Below, piece by piece: positions 18,270 through 28,947 of a stretch of DNA of 64,000 nt. The position numbers and the translations under genes are program-made. Position 1 is the first letter of the stretch. Every line of letters begins with the position of its first letter. The notes beneath the pieces were generated by a model that worked only from the letters and a program-made list of their open reading frames with translations, did not search any database and was not told the origin of the DNA. The stretch comes from an uncultured Planctomycetales bacterium (GTDB taxonomy: Bacteria > Planctomycetota > Planctomycetia > Pirellulales > S012-138), in assembly GCA_937927735.1 (NCBI GenBank), contig CALBRZ010000083.1, positions 544 to 64,543 on the forward strand. Reading direction: 5' to 3'.

Positions 18270-20357
18270 ATGAATTGGTATCGTGCGACCTTCGGCTTTT
18301 GTGCAGTTTTTGTGCTGAGCCTGACCGTGGCAGTGACCGCCGCCGCGGAGCATCCGCTGGTGATGAGTAAGAAGTCGGGCGCCTGGTCATCGCCCGAAAC
18401 GTGGGACGCCGGGCGTGTGCCCAAAACCGGCGACCGCGTTGTGATCCGCGCCGGCCACCATGTGCAGTACGATGTCGAGTCGCGCGAGGTGATTCGGCTG
18501 GTGCAAATTGTGGGCACGCTGGAGTTTGCCCGCGATCGCAACACGCGGCTGGAAGCCGGCCTGATCACGCTGACCACCAGCGAAGAACCTTCGGAAGAAG
18601 GGTTCGATTGCCATGCCCATCCGGCTCCGCCGGAGCAGGGGCAACAGCGCCCGGCTCTGTTCGTGGGGACGCCCGGCAACCCCATCCCGCGCGAGTACAC
18701 GGCAACGATCCGCCTGCATTACGTGGAGGGCATGGACAAGAACTCGTGTCCGGCGCTGGTGAGCTGCGGCGGCCACGTGGAACTGCACGGCGCTCCGATG
18801 CGCGTCACGTGGGTAAAGCTGAAGCGTGGCGTCGAGGCCGGCAGCGCGGTCGTCGCCTTGGATGAACCGGTCACCGATTGGCAAGTGGGTGATCGCGTGA
18901 TTGTCACCGGCACGGAGCGTCAGGTTGAGGGAATACGCGGTGATGCCGGCACTTTCCTGGATAAGATCCAGACCGAAGTGCGCCGGATCAAGCGGATTGG
19001 CAATCGCGACTTCACCGGCGGGTACCCGCTGGAGTTGGATCGGCCGCTATCGTTCGATCACTATGCCGCCGGCAACTTCCGCGCGGAGGTCGCCAACTTG
19101 ACGCGCAACGTGGTGATCGAATCGGCCGACCCCGATGGCGTCCGCGGCCACACCATGTTCCACGTGCACTCGGCCGGTTCGATCAGCTATGCCGAATTCC
19201 GGCACCTGGGCAAGCGCGGCATCCTGGGGCGGTACAGCCTGCACTACCACCTGTGCGGTGACACGATGCGTGGCAGTTCCGTGATCGGGGCCTCGATATG
19301 GGACAGCCACAACCGCTTCCTCACGATCCACGGGACCGATTCGATCGTGGTCCGCGACTGCGTGGGCTTCCAGTCCATCGGCCACGGCTTCTTCCTCGAA
19401 GATGGCACCGAGATCAACAACATCCTCGATCGCAACCTGGCCGTGGCCGTTGCACCGGGTAACCCGCTGCCCGACCAGGTGGTGCCGTTTGATCCCAACC
19501 GCGGCGCCGGCTTCTGGTTTGCCAACTGCCAGAACGTTTTTACGCGGAACGTGGCCGCCGAGTGCGCGGAGTATGGTTACCGGTTCGACACCAAACGCAC
19601 CGACGACTACAACCCGATCCGCCCGATCCGTCAGCCCGACGGTAGCGTGGTCGACCAGGACACCCGTATCCTGCCGTTTATCCGGTTCGAGGACAACGAA
19701 GCGCATACGATGCGGTTCTTCTGCTTGAACCTGCGCGGCATCACCCGCCCGGCCGACGGCTCGCTCAACTTCTACCAGCAGAATCTGACGCTCTCCCAGG
19801 AAGCTGCTGAGGCGATTCCCACGCCAGGCCAGCCGTTCTGGATCCGCAATTTCCGCTGCTGGGAAGCCAATTGGGCCACGCACCTGGGCACTGCCGGCGT
19901 GTTCGTCGATGGGCTCGACGTATTCCGTTCCGACGTCGCGATCTGGCGGTCGGTGATGGACCGCTCGGGGTTCCGCCGGATCACCACGCAGGAGATGCGG
20001 GTGAACGATATCCACAATCCGCTGAGCGTGGGGCTGTCGTCATACGCCGACGAGCAGACGGCGCGGCGGGCTCTGGGCGGGGTGTCGAGCTTCCGCGATG
20101 AGATGCCGCCGGTCACGATGATCACCCGCGCGGTTCGCCGCGGGAACCTGGTTCAGGTCGAAGGTTCGGTGGCCGACGCCAGCGACATCAAGTACGTGAC
20201 CGTGAATGGTCAGCCGGCGCGATCGACGCGAGGCAGTTTTGCCGAGTGGGAGATCACCCTGGAAGCACCCGCCGGTCAGACGGTCCGCATCGAAGCGTTC
20301 GCAGAAGACGTGAATGGCCACGTCGAACCGCGGCCGCACGTGATCGAGGTGCAATAG
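18270..20357 (+). CDS. secreted G8-domain / right-handed beta-helix protein
   Basis: Start re-called at MNWYRATFGFCAVFVLSLTVAVTAAAE (signal peptide). G8-like N-terminus WSSPETWDAGRVPKTGDRVVIRAGHHVQYDV...IVGTLEF. Central NxxxxN/HGF repeats typical of parallel beta-helix. Confidence 0.8.
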   Translation: MNWYRATFGFCAVFVLSLTVAVTAAAEHPLVMSKKSGAWSSPETWDAGRVPKTGDRVVIRAGHHVQYDVESREVIRLVQIVGTLEFARDRNTRLEAGLITLTTSEEPSEEGFDCHAHPAPPEQGQQRPALFVGTPGNPIPREYTATIRLHYVEGMDKNSCPALVSCGGHVELHGAPMRVTWVKLKRGVEAGSAVVALDEPVTDWQVGDRVIVTGTERQVEGIRGDAGTFLDKIQTEVRRIKRIGNRDFTGGYPLELDRPLSFDHYAAGNFRAEVANLTRNVVIESADPDGVRGHTMFHVHSAGSISYAEFRHLGKRGILGRYSLHYHLCGDTMRGSSVIGASIWDSHNRFLTIHGTDSIVVRDCVGFQSIGHGFFLEDGTEINNILDRNLAVAVAPGNPLPDQVVPFDPNRGAGFWFANCQNVFTRNVAAECAEYGYRFDTKRTDDYNPIRPIRQPDGSVVDQDTRILPFIRFEDNEAHTMRFFCLNLRGITRPADGSLNFYQQNLTLSQEAAEAIPTPGQPFWIRNFRCWEANWATHLGTAGVFVDGLDVFRSDVAIWRSVMDRSGFRRITTQEMRVNDIHNPLSVGLSSYADEQTARRALGGVSSFRDEMPPVTMITRAVRRGNLVQVEGSVADASDIKYVTVNGQPARSTRGSFAEWEITLEAPAGQTVRIEAFAEDVNGHVEPRPHVIEVQ

Positions 20358-20421
20358 CGGCCGCGGTGAATCCTAGGCGGCGGTCAGCGATGCGCCGCCT
20401 GATGCAGCAACTGCGGCGACC

Positions 20422-21180
20422 TCAGGCGGCGCGGAGAATCGATTGCGCCGGAGCGCTGGGCCGTGCAGGCAAGCGGCTGTCGGCAAACTGTCCGATGGTT
20501 TGCACCTGCATGGCTCCGTTATGGCGGTGCCGCGTGAGTTCGAGCAACGCCTGGCGGAAACTTGGATCCAGCGGCGCATCGAGCCGGACCTGGCTGAAGT
20601 CGCAGATCAGGTGCGCCATGCCTTCGGCAGCCGCTTGTGCCAGGGGGCGGCGGATGGTGCGAATCGACTGCCCGGGCCGCCACTGGGCGACCGCCGGCGC
20701 GGTCCACAGACCATAGCGGATCATTTGCCCCGGGGCTGCCGCGGCGGGCGCCTTCAGCCGCAGCAGCCCTGTTTTCATCGCCGCAGACGACATCCGCACC
20801 GCGCTAATTCCGAGTTTGACCAGCAAGTCGGTGTGCGGCGTCAGGGGGAAATCGCCCCAGGCCAGGGTCGTCACCGTCACCCCCTGGGCCTGGGCAACCT
20901 GCAATTGCGAGCGGAGCGTTTGGGCGAATGCTGGCCGGCCAGCCTCCGGATGTCCCCAGGAAGCCTCCACCCGTAACGCCAGCTCGTGTTGGAGCGAGAA
21001 CAGCGAGTGCACGTACCCTGCGGGGGCCATGTCGAGCAGGGTCATGGTGACGGGGGCATCGCACGCGGCCAACTCTTGCGCGAGTGCCTGCAACCACGGG
21101 TGCGGCGTGGACGCGTCGCCGCTCATTGCAGGGAGATCGATACTGCAAATCAAGGCTGCCTGTCGCGCGGTGCGTGCCAT
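20422..21180 (-). CDS. hypothetical protein
   Basis: 252-codon ORF with coding-like composition, convergent with the G8 gene. No motif I can assign; any polysaccharide-deacetylase-like resemblance is unproven. Confidence 0.5.
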   Translation of the reverse strand: MARTARQAALICSIDLPAMSGDASTPHPWLQALAQELAACDAPVTMTLLDMAPAGYVHSLFSLQHELALRVEASWGHPEAGRPAFAQTLRSQLQVAQAQGVTVTTLAWGDFPLTPHTDLLVKLGISAVRMSSAAMKTGLLRLKAPAAAAPGQMIRYGLWTAPAVAQWRPGQSIRTIRRPLAQAAAEGMAHLICDFSQVRLDAPLDPSFRQALLELTRHRHNGAMQVQTIGQFADSRLPARPSAPAQSILRAA

Positions 21181-21701
21181 CGTGGGCCCTCCTTGTCACC
21201 AGCGGTGCATTTCTCCCCCAGGCCGCCCTGCAGTCACCCAACCTCGCTCGGCCCGGGGGCGTCGCCGCTTCTCGCTCGTCCATCCCTGACCGGCACGGAC
21301 CAACCGGCTGGTCTACTTCGGATAGTCGATGCGGCTGTCGCCATGGGTAAGGTCGGCAAGGCCGACAGCACGGCTACAGGTGACCCAGGTAGAGTACGGG
21401 TTCAGGGGGAAATGCGGATCTTGCCTGTTGCACCGGTTGCAGCGGCAAACGCCCCGCCCGCCCTGGCATGGCCCTTTCCGGTCAAGTTCCGTAAGATTCA
21501 TGCGAGCCGCAGACGCGCCTCGGCACGTCCCCGGTGGAGACCACCCACTGCGGTTTGCCCACGGCGAGGTGTCGTTGAAACACGGGACGCTCCCGTGTGA
21601 AAGGGCCCCGGCGCGGTCGGGAGGGGCCCCGGCCAGCGGCTCGGTTCCTGATGCGATGGCCGGCGCCGCACGCCGGTCGGATCGCTTCCCATACCAAGTA
21701 G

Positions 21702-22361
21702 TTGGAGTCCGTGCGGATGAGCCAGCCAGACGATTCGTGGTCGAACCCTGAGCCCAAGCAAGGCAGCAACCTGGGCTTCTTTCTGGTGCTCATGGTGTTG
21801 GCCGCCGTGCTGGTGGGCTGGTACGCGCTGCGGCCCATGTTCCACGGCGGAGGCGGCGTCAAACCGGCCGTCGACGCCGAGCCGCTGCCTGAGCTGCAAC
21901 TGGCTCCGCTCACGCCGGGGTCGACCGAGGTCACGCTCAACCAGACCGCCGGCAAGGTCGTCCTGCTCAACTTCTGGGGCACCTGGTGCCCGCCATGCCG
22001 TGCCGAGTTCCCCGACGTGGTCGCCCTGGAAAAGAAGTACCGCGGCAGCGACCAGGTGATGATCCTGCCGGTCAGTTGCGGCTCAAGCATGCGCGAGGAC
22101 ATCGATGAGCTGCGGGCGAACACCGAGGACTTTCTGCAGCAGCGCGAGACCGACATCCCGGTCTACGCCGACCCCGGCCTGGTGACGCGCAAAGCCGTGA
22201 ACGACGTGGTGGGCTTCCGCGGCTATCCGACGACGGTGCTGCTCGACGGCGAGCACCGCATCCGCGAGGTGTGGGTTGGCCCGGCGACGTTCGACGAGAT
22301 GAACGCCGGAATCGAAGCGTTACTCAAAGAGCACCAGGAGGCGACCGCCCAGGCGAACTGA
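21702..22361 (+). CDS. TlpA/ResA-like thiol:disulfide oxidoreductase (thioredoxin fold), membrane-anchored
   Basis: N-terminal TM helix LGFFLVLMVLAAVLVGWYAL. GKVVLLNFWGTWCPPCRAEFP redox motif. An alternative start exists at 21717. Confidence 0.85.
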   Translation: MESVRMSQPDDSWSNPEPKQGSNLGFFLVLMVLAAVLVGWYALRPMFHGGGGVKPAVDAEPLPELQLAPLTPGSTEVTLNQTAGKVVLLNFWGTWCPPCRAEFPDVVALEKKYRGSDQVMILPVSCGSSMREDIDELRANTEDFLQQRETDIPVYADPGLVTRKAVNDVVGFRGYPTTVLLDGEHRIREVWVGPATFDEMNAGIEALLKEHQEATAQAN

Positions 22362-22569
22362 GCGGACCGTCCGCTCCGCACTATCGTAGAGTCCGCTTTG
22401 CGGACCATCGGACGACAGGACAACGCAGCGCTCGTAGGGGCCGCTGTGCGGACCTGAAATTCGCTACGCAATCCGACGTGCGGCGCGTGTGTTTGTGTTG
22501 CACGGCTCGCAGAGGCGTGGCACGTAATTCGTGACACGCCGGGGGCACGCTGACACGAAGGCCGCGCAA

Positions 22570-23991
22570 TTAGCCGCGGCCGGGGTGGATGACCACGGTC
22601 TTGGTTTCGGTCATCTCGGCGATTGCGTAGCGAGGGCCTTCCTTGCCCATGCCGCTTTCCTTGAGGCCGCCGTAAGGCATCAGGTCGGCGCGCCACTGCG
22701 GTCCCCAGTTCACGTGGATGTTGCCGGAGTCGACCTCCTGGGCAAAACGCAGCGCCCAATCGATGTTCTGGGTGAAGATGGCAGCGCTCAGACCGTAGCG
22801 GGAGTCGTTGGCCAGTCGGATCGCTTCGTCGATGTTGGCGGCCCTGGTGACACCCACAGCTGGGCCGAACACCTCGTCGCGGCTGATCCGCATTTCGGGC
22901 GAAACCTCGGCCAACAGCGTCGGCTGGAGCAACGCACCCTGGCGGTGGCCGCCGGCCAGCAGCTTGGCCCCGGCTCCCACGGCTTCGCCGATCCATTGCT
23001 CCACACGCTGGGCATCGCCTTCGCGGATCATCGGGCCCATCCGCGTGGCTTCGTCTAGCTGGTTGCCGATGGTCAGTTCCGACACTTTCGGCACCAACTG
23101 CTCCAGGAGCGTCTCGTACACGCCTTCCAGGGCGATCACCCGCTGGGCCGAAATGCACACCTGGCCGGCGTTGGAGTAACCGGTGGTCACCGTGGCGTGG
23201 ACGACCTGGGCGAGGTCGGCGTCGGGCATCACGATCAGCGGGCTGTTGGAACCCAGCTCCATGGTCGCCCGCTTCAGCCCTGCCATGTGGCAGATGCGTT
23301 CACCCACGTCGCGGCTGCCGGTGAAGCTAATTTTCCGCACCCGCGGGTCGCGGCACAGAGCATCGCCCAGTTCGCCGCCGGGGCCGGTCAAGCAGGCGAT
23401 GGCCTCAGGAGGCAGCCCACACTCCAAGAGAATCTCAACCAGCTTGAGTGCCGAGAGCGGCGTATCGCTGGCCGGTTTGACGACAACCGCGTTGCCTGCC
23501 GCCAGGGCCGGACCCACCTTGTGCGCCACCAGGTTCAGCGGGAAGTTGAACGGCGTGATCGCCGCGACCACGCCGCAGGGTACCCGCAGCGTGAAGCCCA
23601 GGCGGCGTCCGCCGGTTGACGCGCCATCCAGCGGCAACACTTCGCCGGTGATCCGCTTGGCTTCTTCGCCCGAGAGTTCGATGGTTTCCGCCGCCCGGGC
23701 GACTTCCGCGCGGGCCTCGGCCAGGATCTTGCCTTCTTCCTGGCTGATGGTGCGGGCCAGTTCTTCGGCCCGTTGCCGCATCATGTCGGCCGCCCGGCGG
23801 AGGATCACAAACCGTTCGTAGCCGCTCATCTGCCGCATGATGGCCGCCCCGGCCACGGCACCCTCGATGGCCGCGTCGACGTCGGCCGCCGTGCCCCGGG
23901 GAACGGTGTCGATGATCGAGCCATCGAACGGGTTGGTCACCTCGATCTTCTCGGGCTTGTCGACCCACTCGCCGCGAATGAACATCTGCAT
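22570..23991 (-). CDS. NAD(P)-dependent aldehyde dehydrogenase
   Basis: Start re-called at MQMFIRGEWVD. ALDH motifs FTGSRDVG, MELGSNSPLIV (catalytic Glu) and GQVCISAQRV (catalytic Cys). Confidence 0.9.
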   Translation of the reverse strand: MQMFIRGEWVDKPEKIEVTNPFDGSIIDTVPRGTAADVDAAIEGAVAGAAIMRQMSGYERFVILRRAADMMRQRAEELARTISQEEGKILAEARAEVARAAETIELSGEEAKRITGEVLPLDGASTGGRRLGFTLRVPCGVVAAITPFNFPLNLVAHKVGPALAAGNAVVVKPASDTPLSALKLVEILLECGLPPEAIACLTGPGGELGDALCRDPRVRKISFTGSRDVGERICHMAGLKRATMELGSNSPLIVMPDADLAQVVHATVTTGYSNAGQVCISAQRVIALEGVYETLLEQLVPKVSELTIGNQLDEATRMGPMIREGDAQRVEQWIGEAVGAGAKLLAGGHRQGALLQPTLLAEVSPEMRISRDEVFGPAVGVTRAANIDEAIRLANDSRYGLSAAIFTQNIDWALRFAQEVDSGNIHVNWGPQWRADLMPYGGLKESGMGKEGPRYAIAEMTETKTVVIHPGRG

Positions 23992-24114
23992 GGTTGGTTG
24001 ACCTCCCGGATGACTGGCTGAGGGCGTTAAGCCGCCGAGCAAACCAAAATGCGGCTCGGCGATGAACGGCAGTCTGGCGTGGCGTCAGCGGCGCTCTTAG
24101 GGCGGAGCCGCGGT

Positions 24115-24831
24115 CTACCCGCTGACCAGGTCCTTCATCTCCCGCACGGCCTGCTGCATGCCGACCATGACCGCCCGGGCGATGATGCTGTGCCCGATGT
24201 TGAGCTCGTCCATATCGGGGATGCGGGCGATGGGCTGCACGTTGCGGTAGTTGAGGCCATGCCCTGCGTGAAGCGTCAGGCCCGCTTGGCGGACGGCGGC
24301 CGCCGCCTTGATGATCTGCTCCAGCTCCTGGGCCTGATGCGGCTGCTTGTCGGCCAGGGCGTAGGTGCCGGTGTGGAGCTCCACGGCGTCGGCCCCCAGT
24401 TCGGCCGCGACTTCGATCTGGGCCAGGTCGGGATCGAGGAACAGGCTAACGACGATCCCGGCGTCGCGCAGCCGCTTGATCGCCTCGGCCACGCGTTGCT
24501 TCTGGCCGACCACGTCCAGGCCGCCTTCGGTGGTCACTTCCTCGCGCCGTTCGGGCACCAGCGTGGCCTGGTCGGGCCGCACCTGGCAGGCGATCTGGAC
24601 CACCTCATCCTCGGCGGCCAGTTCCAGGTTCAGCTTGACGGTAACCGTCTCCCGCAGCAGTCGCAGGTCGCGGTCCTGGATATGGCGGCGGTCCTCCCGC
24701 AGGTGCAGGGTGATGCCGTCGGCTCCGCCCAGTTCGGCCAGGGCCGCCGCCCAGACCGGATCGGGTTCGTAGGTTTTCCGGGCTTGCCGGATGGTTGCCA
24801 CGTGATCGATGTTGACGCCTAACTTTGCCAT
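24115..24831 (-). CDS. pdxJ: pyridoxine 5'-phosphate synthase
   Basis: Start re-called at [31 protein letters not shown] and ELHTGTYA are PdxJ hallmarks. Gives 238 aa. Confidence 0.92.
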   Translation of the reverse strand: MAKLGVNIDHVATIRQARKTYEPDPVWAAALAELGGADGITLHLREDRRHIQDRDLRLLRETVTVKLNLELAAEDEVVQIACQVRPDQATLVPERREEVTTEGGLDVVGQKQRVAEAIKRLRDAGIVVSLFLDPDLAQIEVAAELGADAVELHTGTYALADKQPHQAQELEQIIKAAAAVRQAGLTLHAGHGLNYRNVQPIARIPDMDELNIGHSIIARAVMVGMQQAVREMKDLVSG

Positions 24832-25255
24832 CGACAGTTGTGCGGTTGGAGGAATCGAAGCTGCCTGGTGCCCGCCAGCCAACGAGGGCCAAATCGCGCC
24901 GGAGGTTCGGACCTTGCCTTGGCAGGCAGACGGGAGTGGTCTGCTGTTGCGAAGGACGCGGGACGCTCTGGGGGACCGAGTGCCGGCCGGCTAATCGGAT
25001 GGCGGAGGCAACGGCTCGGCCCCGACCTGATGACGGAACGCTCCGCATCCCGGTGCACTTGCGCCCATCTTGCCGCTTGTTTGCGCCGTTGCCTAGTCCC
25101 GGCCGAAGCAGAAGGACTCGCTGGCTTCGTCAGTCGGGGCGAGACTCAAGCCCGGAGTCGCCCCACCGGGCGGGCGAACCGCCCAGCAGCTCCCTGCCGG
25201 ACCGTTGCGACCAACCGCCGCAATGCCGCGCCGACCAGGCAAGAGCGAGCCGCCG

Positions 25256-25963
25256 TCAGGAAGTGCCTTCCTGGGAGATGGTCAGGGGCTCAGGCAACTC
25301 CCGCTCCCGGATGCGGCCGCGAGGATCCGCCTGCCAGATGTGGTTGGTGGCCACGTCCAGGCAGGTCAGCCAGCCACCGACCCCGTAGATGCAGGTGTCG
25401 ATGCAGACGTGGTGGCCGACGTTCAGCGGCAGCCCGGTCTTCTGGGCCGTGTGTCCGCAGACGACGCGTTTGCCGGAGACGTGCGGCCGGAGCTTATCAG
25501 GAATGAACTTCTTCCAGCAGAGGTTGTACTCGTCCTGTTCGGTGAGCGGCAGCTCGGGGTCGACTCCGGCGTGGACGAAGATCGTGTCGTCGGTTTCGTA
25601 CCAACGGCGGCAGCGGTTCTTGATGAAGTCCCAGTGGGATTCGGGGATGTCGGCGAGGGTGCCTTCGGAGTCGGCCGGGGCGTACGAGGCCAGCGCCTCG
25701 CGGCCGCCCACCTGGAGCCACAGGTCGTAGTCCTCACCCTCGGCGTTGAGCATCAGCAGTTCGTGGTTGCCCTGCAGCGGGATCAGCCTGTTGCGGTTCT
25801 GCCAGTCCATCAGCAGTTCGAGTACGCCCCGGGTGTCCGGGCCGCGGTCCACGTAATCGCCGAGGGTGATGATGAGGTCGTCGGGCTGAGGATCAACTGC
25901 GTCTAACAACGCCTCCAGCGCGCGGAGGTGTCCGTGAATGTCACCGATGGCCAGATGCCGCAT
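25256..25963 (-). CDS. metallophosphoesterase (PPP-family Ser/Thr phosphatase / ApaH-like)
   Basis: GDIHG, GDYVDRGPD, QGNHE and VCGHT motifs in canonical order. Confidence 0.85.
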   Translation of the reverse strand: MRHLAIGDIHGHLRALEALLDAVDPQPDDLIITLGDYVDRGPDTRGVLELLMDWQNRNRLIPLQGNHELLMLNAEGEDYDLWLQVGGREALASYAPADSEGTLADIPESHWDFIKNRCRRWYETDDTIFVHAGVDPELPLTEQDEYNLCWKKFIPDKLRPHVSGKRVVCGHTAQKTGLPLNVGHHVCIDTCIYGVGGWLTCLDVATNHIWQADPRGRIRERELPEPLTISQEGTS

Positions 25964-26257
25964 TTCGCTTGCCGCCTTTTACCGTCGCCTTGGTCCGATG
26001 GCCCGGTGGGGGACCGCGTCTACCAGAATCCAGAAGAGGCCGACCATGCAGGACCGTCCAGCGACCGAGCGGCCGGAGGATCGCAGCGCAGGTCCGCTGT
26101 ATCTTACCGCCCAGACCACCCGGCCGACAGGTCTAGGGGACGCCGCGGGGCGTTCGCCTCGCGGCCGAGGTTGCCCTCTGTTTGGCCCGCGGGGAGCGGC
26201 GAATGGCCCCGTGAGCCACGGCTGGCTGAGCGGCCCAGGTACGGCAAAATGTACCGC

Positions 26258-26498
26258 GTTTCACGTGAAACGGCTTGGCGCGATTTGACGCGGTTACCGG
26301 AGGCCCTGCCGGTCGTGCCACGGAGTGCGGCCTGGCAAGAACGACGGCCCTGGCTTGGGGACCGTCCTGCGGGGAGCGCGACGGCTGGCGAAGGTTGGTG
26401 TTTCACGGGAAACAGCTCAGGCCGGACAAGCTTGGGCGTTTGCCGCGCCCAACGTGTTTGGGTAAGTGACGCGGGTCCGGGCGTGTTTCACGTGAAAC
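26258..26498. repeat. three copies of the 14-bp palindrome GTTTCACGTGAAAC (candidate operator or repeat element)
   Basis: Perfect copies at 26258-26271 and 26485-26498. A one-mismatch copy (GTTTCACGGGAAAC) at 26400-26413. All lie in the 615-bp non-coding gap between the phosphatase start and the purB stop. Confidence 0.6.
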
Positions 26499-26578
26499 GG
26501 GGTAATGTGCCCGACGGCTGGGACGTACTGCGGATGCCCCGAACCGATCCTACGGAACCGGCGGGGCCGCTTAGACAC

Positions 26579-28012
26579 TTACACCCGGACCTCGGCGGTG
26601 GTTTTCTTCAGCTCGTCCGCGTACCGCTGCCGGATCGGTTCGACGACTTCGGCGATGAACTCGTCGACCTGCTGGGGAGCCCTGCCCACGTACTGGCTCG
26701 GTTCCAAGGTGGCCGTGAAGTCCAGCCCGGCGAAGGCCTCGTCGGCAGCCAGCCGCTGGAGCAGGTCGTTGGGCTTGCCCTCTTCCTTAACCACGCGGCC
26801 GGCGGCGTGGCTGTGCTGACGGATCCGCTCGTGCAGGTCCTGGCGGTCGCCGCCACGCTGCCGGACAGCCTCCATCATGATGTTCTCAGTGGCCATGAAC
26901 GGCAGTTCTTCGGTCAGGTGCTTGGCGATGACCTTGGGGTAGACCACCAGGCCGCTGGCCACGTTCTGGTACAGGATCAGGATCGCATCGACGGCCAGGA
27001 ACGCCTGAGGTAGCGTCAACCGTCGGTTGGCGCTGTCGTCGAGCGTGCGTTCCAGCCACTGGGTCGAGGCCGTCTGGGCGGCGCTGGTTTCCAGGCTGCT
27101 GACGAATCGGGCCAGGCCGCAGATGCGTTCCGAGCGCATCGGGTTGCGCTTGTATGCCATGGCCGACGAGCCGATCTGCTCCTTCTCGAATGGCTCCTCG
27201 ATCTCCTTGCGGCTTTGGAGAATCCGCAGGTCGGTGGCCGCCTTGGACGCGCTTTGGGCGATGCCCGACAGGGTGTTGAGAATCTGCGAGTCGACCTTCC
27301 GCGGGTAGGTCTGACCGGTCACGGCGAAGCTCTTGGGCAGGCCCAACTTCTCACAAACCCGGCGTTCCAACTGACGGACCTTTTCGTGGTCGCCGTCGAA
27401 CAGGTTGAGGAAGCTGGCCTGGGTGCCGGTGGTGCCCTTGAGGCCGCGCAGCCGCAGCGTGTCGAGCCGGTGTTCGACCTCCTCCAGGTCGAGCACCAGG
27501 TCGTACGCCCACAGGCAGGCCCGCTTGCCAACCGTCGTAGGCTGGGCCGGCTGCAGGTGGGTGAACGCCAGACAGGGTAGATCGCGGTACTGCTGGGCGA
27601 AGTTGGCCAACCGATCGATCACGGCGACCAGCCGGGCGCGGACCATCTCCAGCGCCTCGCGGATCAGCAGCAGGTCGGTGTTATCGGTGACAAAGCAGCT
27701 GGTCGCACCCAGGTGGATGATGCCCCGAGCCTTGGGGCACGCGTCGCCGTAGGTGTGGACGTGGGCCATCACGTCGTGCCGCAGGCGGCGTTCATGGGCC
27801 GCCGCCGCGGCGAAGTCGATGTTGTCGACATTCGCCCGAAGCTCGGCCAGCTGCTCCTCGGTGATCGGCAGGCCCAGCTCGGCCTCCGCCTCGGCCAGGG
27901 CGATCCACAGCCGCCGCCAGGTGCTGAACTTCCGCTGCGAGCCCCACAAGCGACTCATCTCGTCCGAGGCGTAACGGCTGATCAGCGGGTTCTCGTAGTA
28001 GTCGTGCGACAT
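26579..28012 (-). CDS. purB: adenylosuccinate lyase
   Basis: PurB-like along the full length ([38 protein letters not shown] signature). Confidence 0.95.
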   Translation of the reverse strand: MSHDYYENPLISRYASDEMSRLWGSQRKFSTWRRLWIALAEAEAELGLPITEEQLAELRANVDNIDFAAAAAHERRLRHDVMAHVHTYGDACPKARGIIHLGATSCFVTDNTDLLLIREALEMVRARLVAVIDRLANFAQQYRDLPCLAFTHLQPAQPTTVGKRACLWAYDLVLDLEEVEHRLDTLRLRGLKGTTGTQASFLNLFDGDHEKVRQLERRVCEKLGLPKSFAVTGQTYPRKVDSQILNTLSGIAQSASKAATDLRILQSRKEIEEPFEKEQIGSSAMAYKRNPMRSERICGLARFVSSLETSAAQTASTQWLERTLDDSANRRLTLPQAFLAVDAILILYQNVASGLVVYPKVIAKHLTEELPFMATENIMMEAVRQRGGDRQDLHERIRQHSHAAGRVVKEEGKPNDLLQRLAADEAFAGLDFTATLEPSQYVGRAPQQVDEFIAEVVEPIRQRYADELKKTTAEVRV

Positions 28013-28305
28013 GAACGGTTCTGGCGTGGTGGGGCTAGGAAGGCGGGAAACGGCGGCATACGCCGGCCAAAACAGCGCGGCGACTTCCCGAACTATACCG
28101 GCATCGCCCGAGCTGATGAAGGGGCCAGGCCTGCCCCCCGATCACCGAAAATAACCGAGCCGATAGCGAGTGCGGCATCCGAGCGTGGCGGGCGGCGTGG
28201 AGCGAACGCCAGCGATGACGAAAGGCCGCAGCGACCAAGCGGGGGCCGGCATCACGCGGCGGCTGAGGCGTACCTCGACGGCCGTCGAGCGAACAAGAGA
28301 GCGCA

Positions 28306-28352
28306 ACAAAAAACGCCCCCCGGCTGCCAAAGCGGCGGAGCCAGGGGGCGCT
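28306..28352 (-). terminator. rho-independent terminator after frr
   Basis: Minus strand: GCGCCCCC...GGGGGGCG stem followed by TTTTTTG, about 25 nt after the frr stop. Confidence 0.7.
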
Positions 28353-28373
28353 TTGTGCTGGGATGTGCGGTGC

Positions 28374-28937
28374 TCAGCTTTCGTCGAGCACTTCGGCTTC
28401 GCGAGCCTTGGCCAGTTCGTTGGCCTGGTTCTCGTACTTCTTGGTCAGTTCCTGGATCTCTTCCTTGGTCGCCTTGCAATCGTCCTCGCTGAGCAGCTTG
28501 TCTTTCTCTTCCTGCTCACAGCTCTTGTTGGCGTCGCGGCGGATGTTGCGGATGGCGATCTTGGCTTCCTCGGTCAGTTCCTTGATCCGGTTGACCATCT
28601 TCTTGCGGACCTCGGTCGACAAGGGCGGCACGATCAACCGGATGACCTTGCCGTCGTTGATCGGGTTGAAGCCCAGGTCGCTGGCCTGGATGGCCTTTTC
28701 GATGTCCTTGAGGACGCCCGGATCGTAGGGCCGGATCACGATCTGGTTGGGCTCGGGCGCACTGACCGAAGCCAACTGCTTGATCGGGGTGGGCGAGCCG
28801 TACGCCTCGACGCGGAGCGAGTCGACCAGGCCCGGGTTGGCCCGGCCCGTGCGGATACCGGCCAAGGCGTGCTTGAGCACTTCGATGGCCTTTTCCATGC
28901 GTTCTTCGGCGTTCAGGAGAATTTCGTCGGCGCTCAT
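28374..28937 (-). CDS. frr: ribosome recycling factor
   Basis: Start re-called at MSADEILLNAEERMEKAIE. IRTGRANPGLVD, LVPPLSTEVRKKMV-like and AIRNIRRDAN motifs. Gives 187 aa. Confidence 0.95.
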   Translation of the reverse strand: MSADEILLNAEERMEKAIEVLKHALAGIRTGRANPGLVDSLRVEAYGSPTPIKQLASVSAPEPNQIVIRPYDPGVLKDIEKAIQASDLGFNPINDGKVIRLIVPPLSTEVRKKMVNRIKELTEEAKIAIRNIRRDANKSCEQEEKDKLLSEDDCKATKEEIQELTKKYENQANELAKAREAEVLDES

Positions 28938-28947
28938 TGGTTCCTCA

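Noticed and set aside
22362-22569. Cluster of short GCGGAC/GTCCGC hairpins between the convergent tlpA-like and aldehyde dehydrogenase genes
   Set aside because: These are probably ordinary 3'-end stem-loops. The stems are only 6 bp, there are no T-runs, and I saw no repetition elsewhere in the window.
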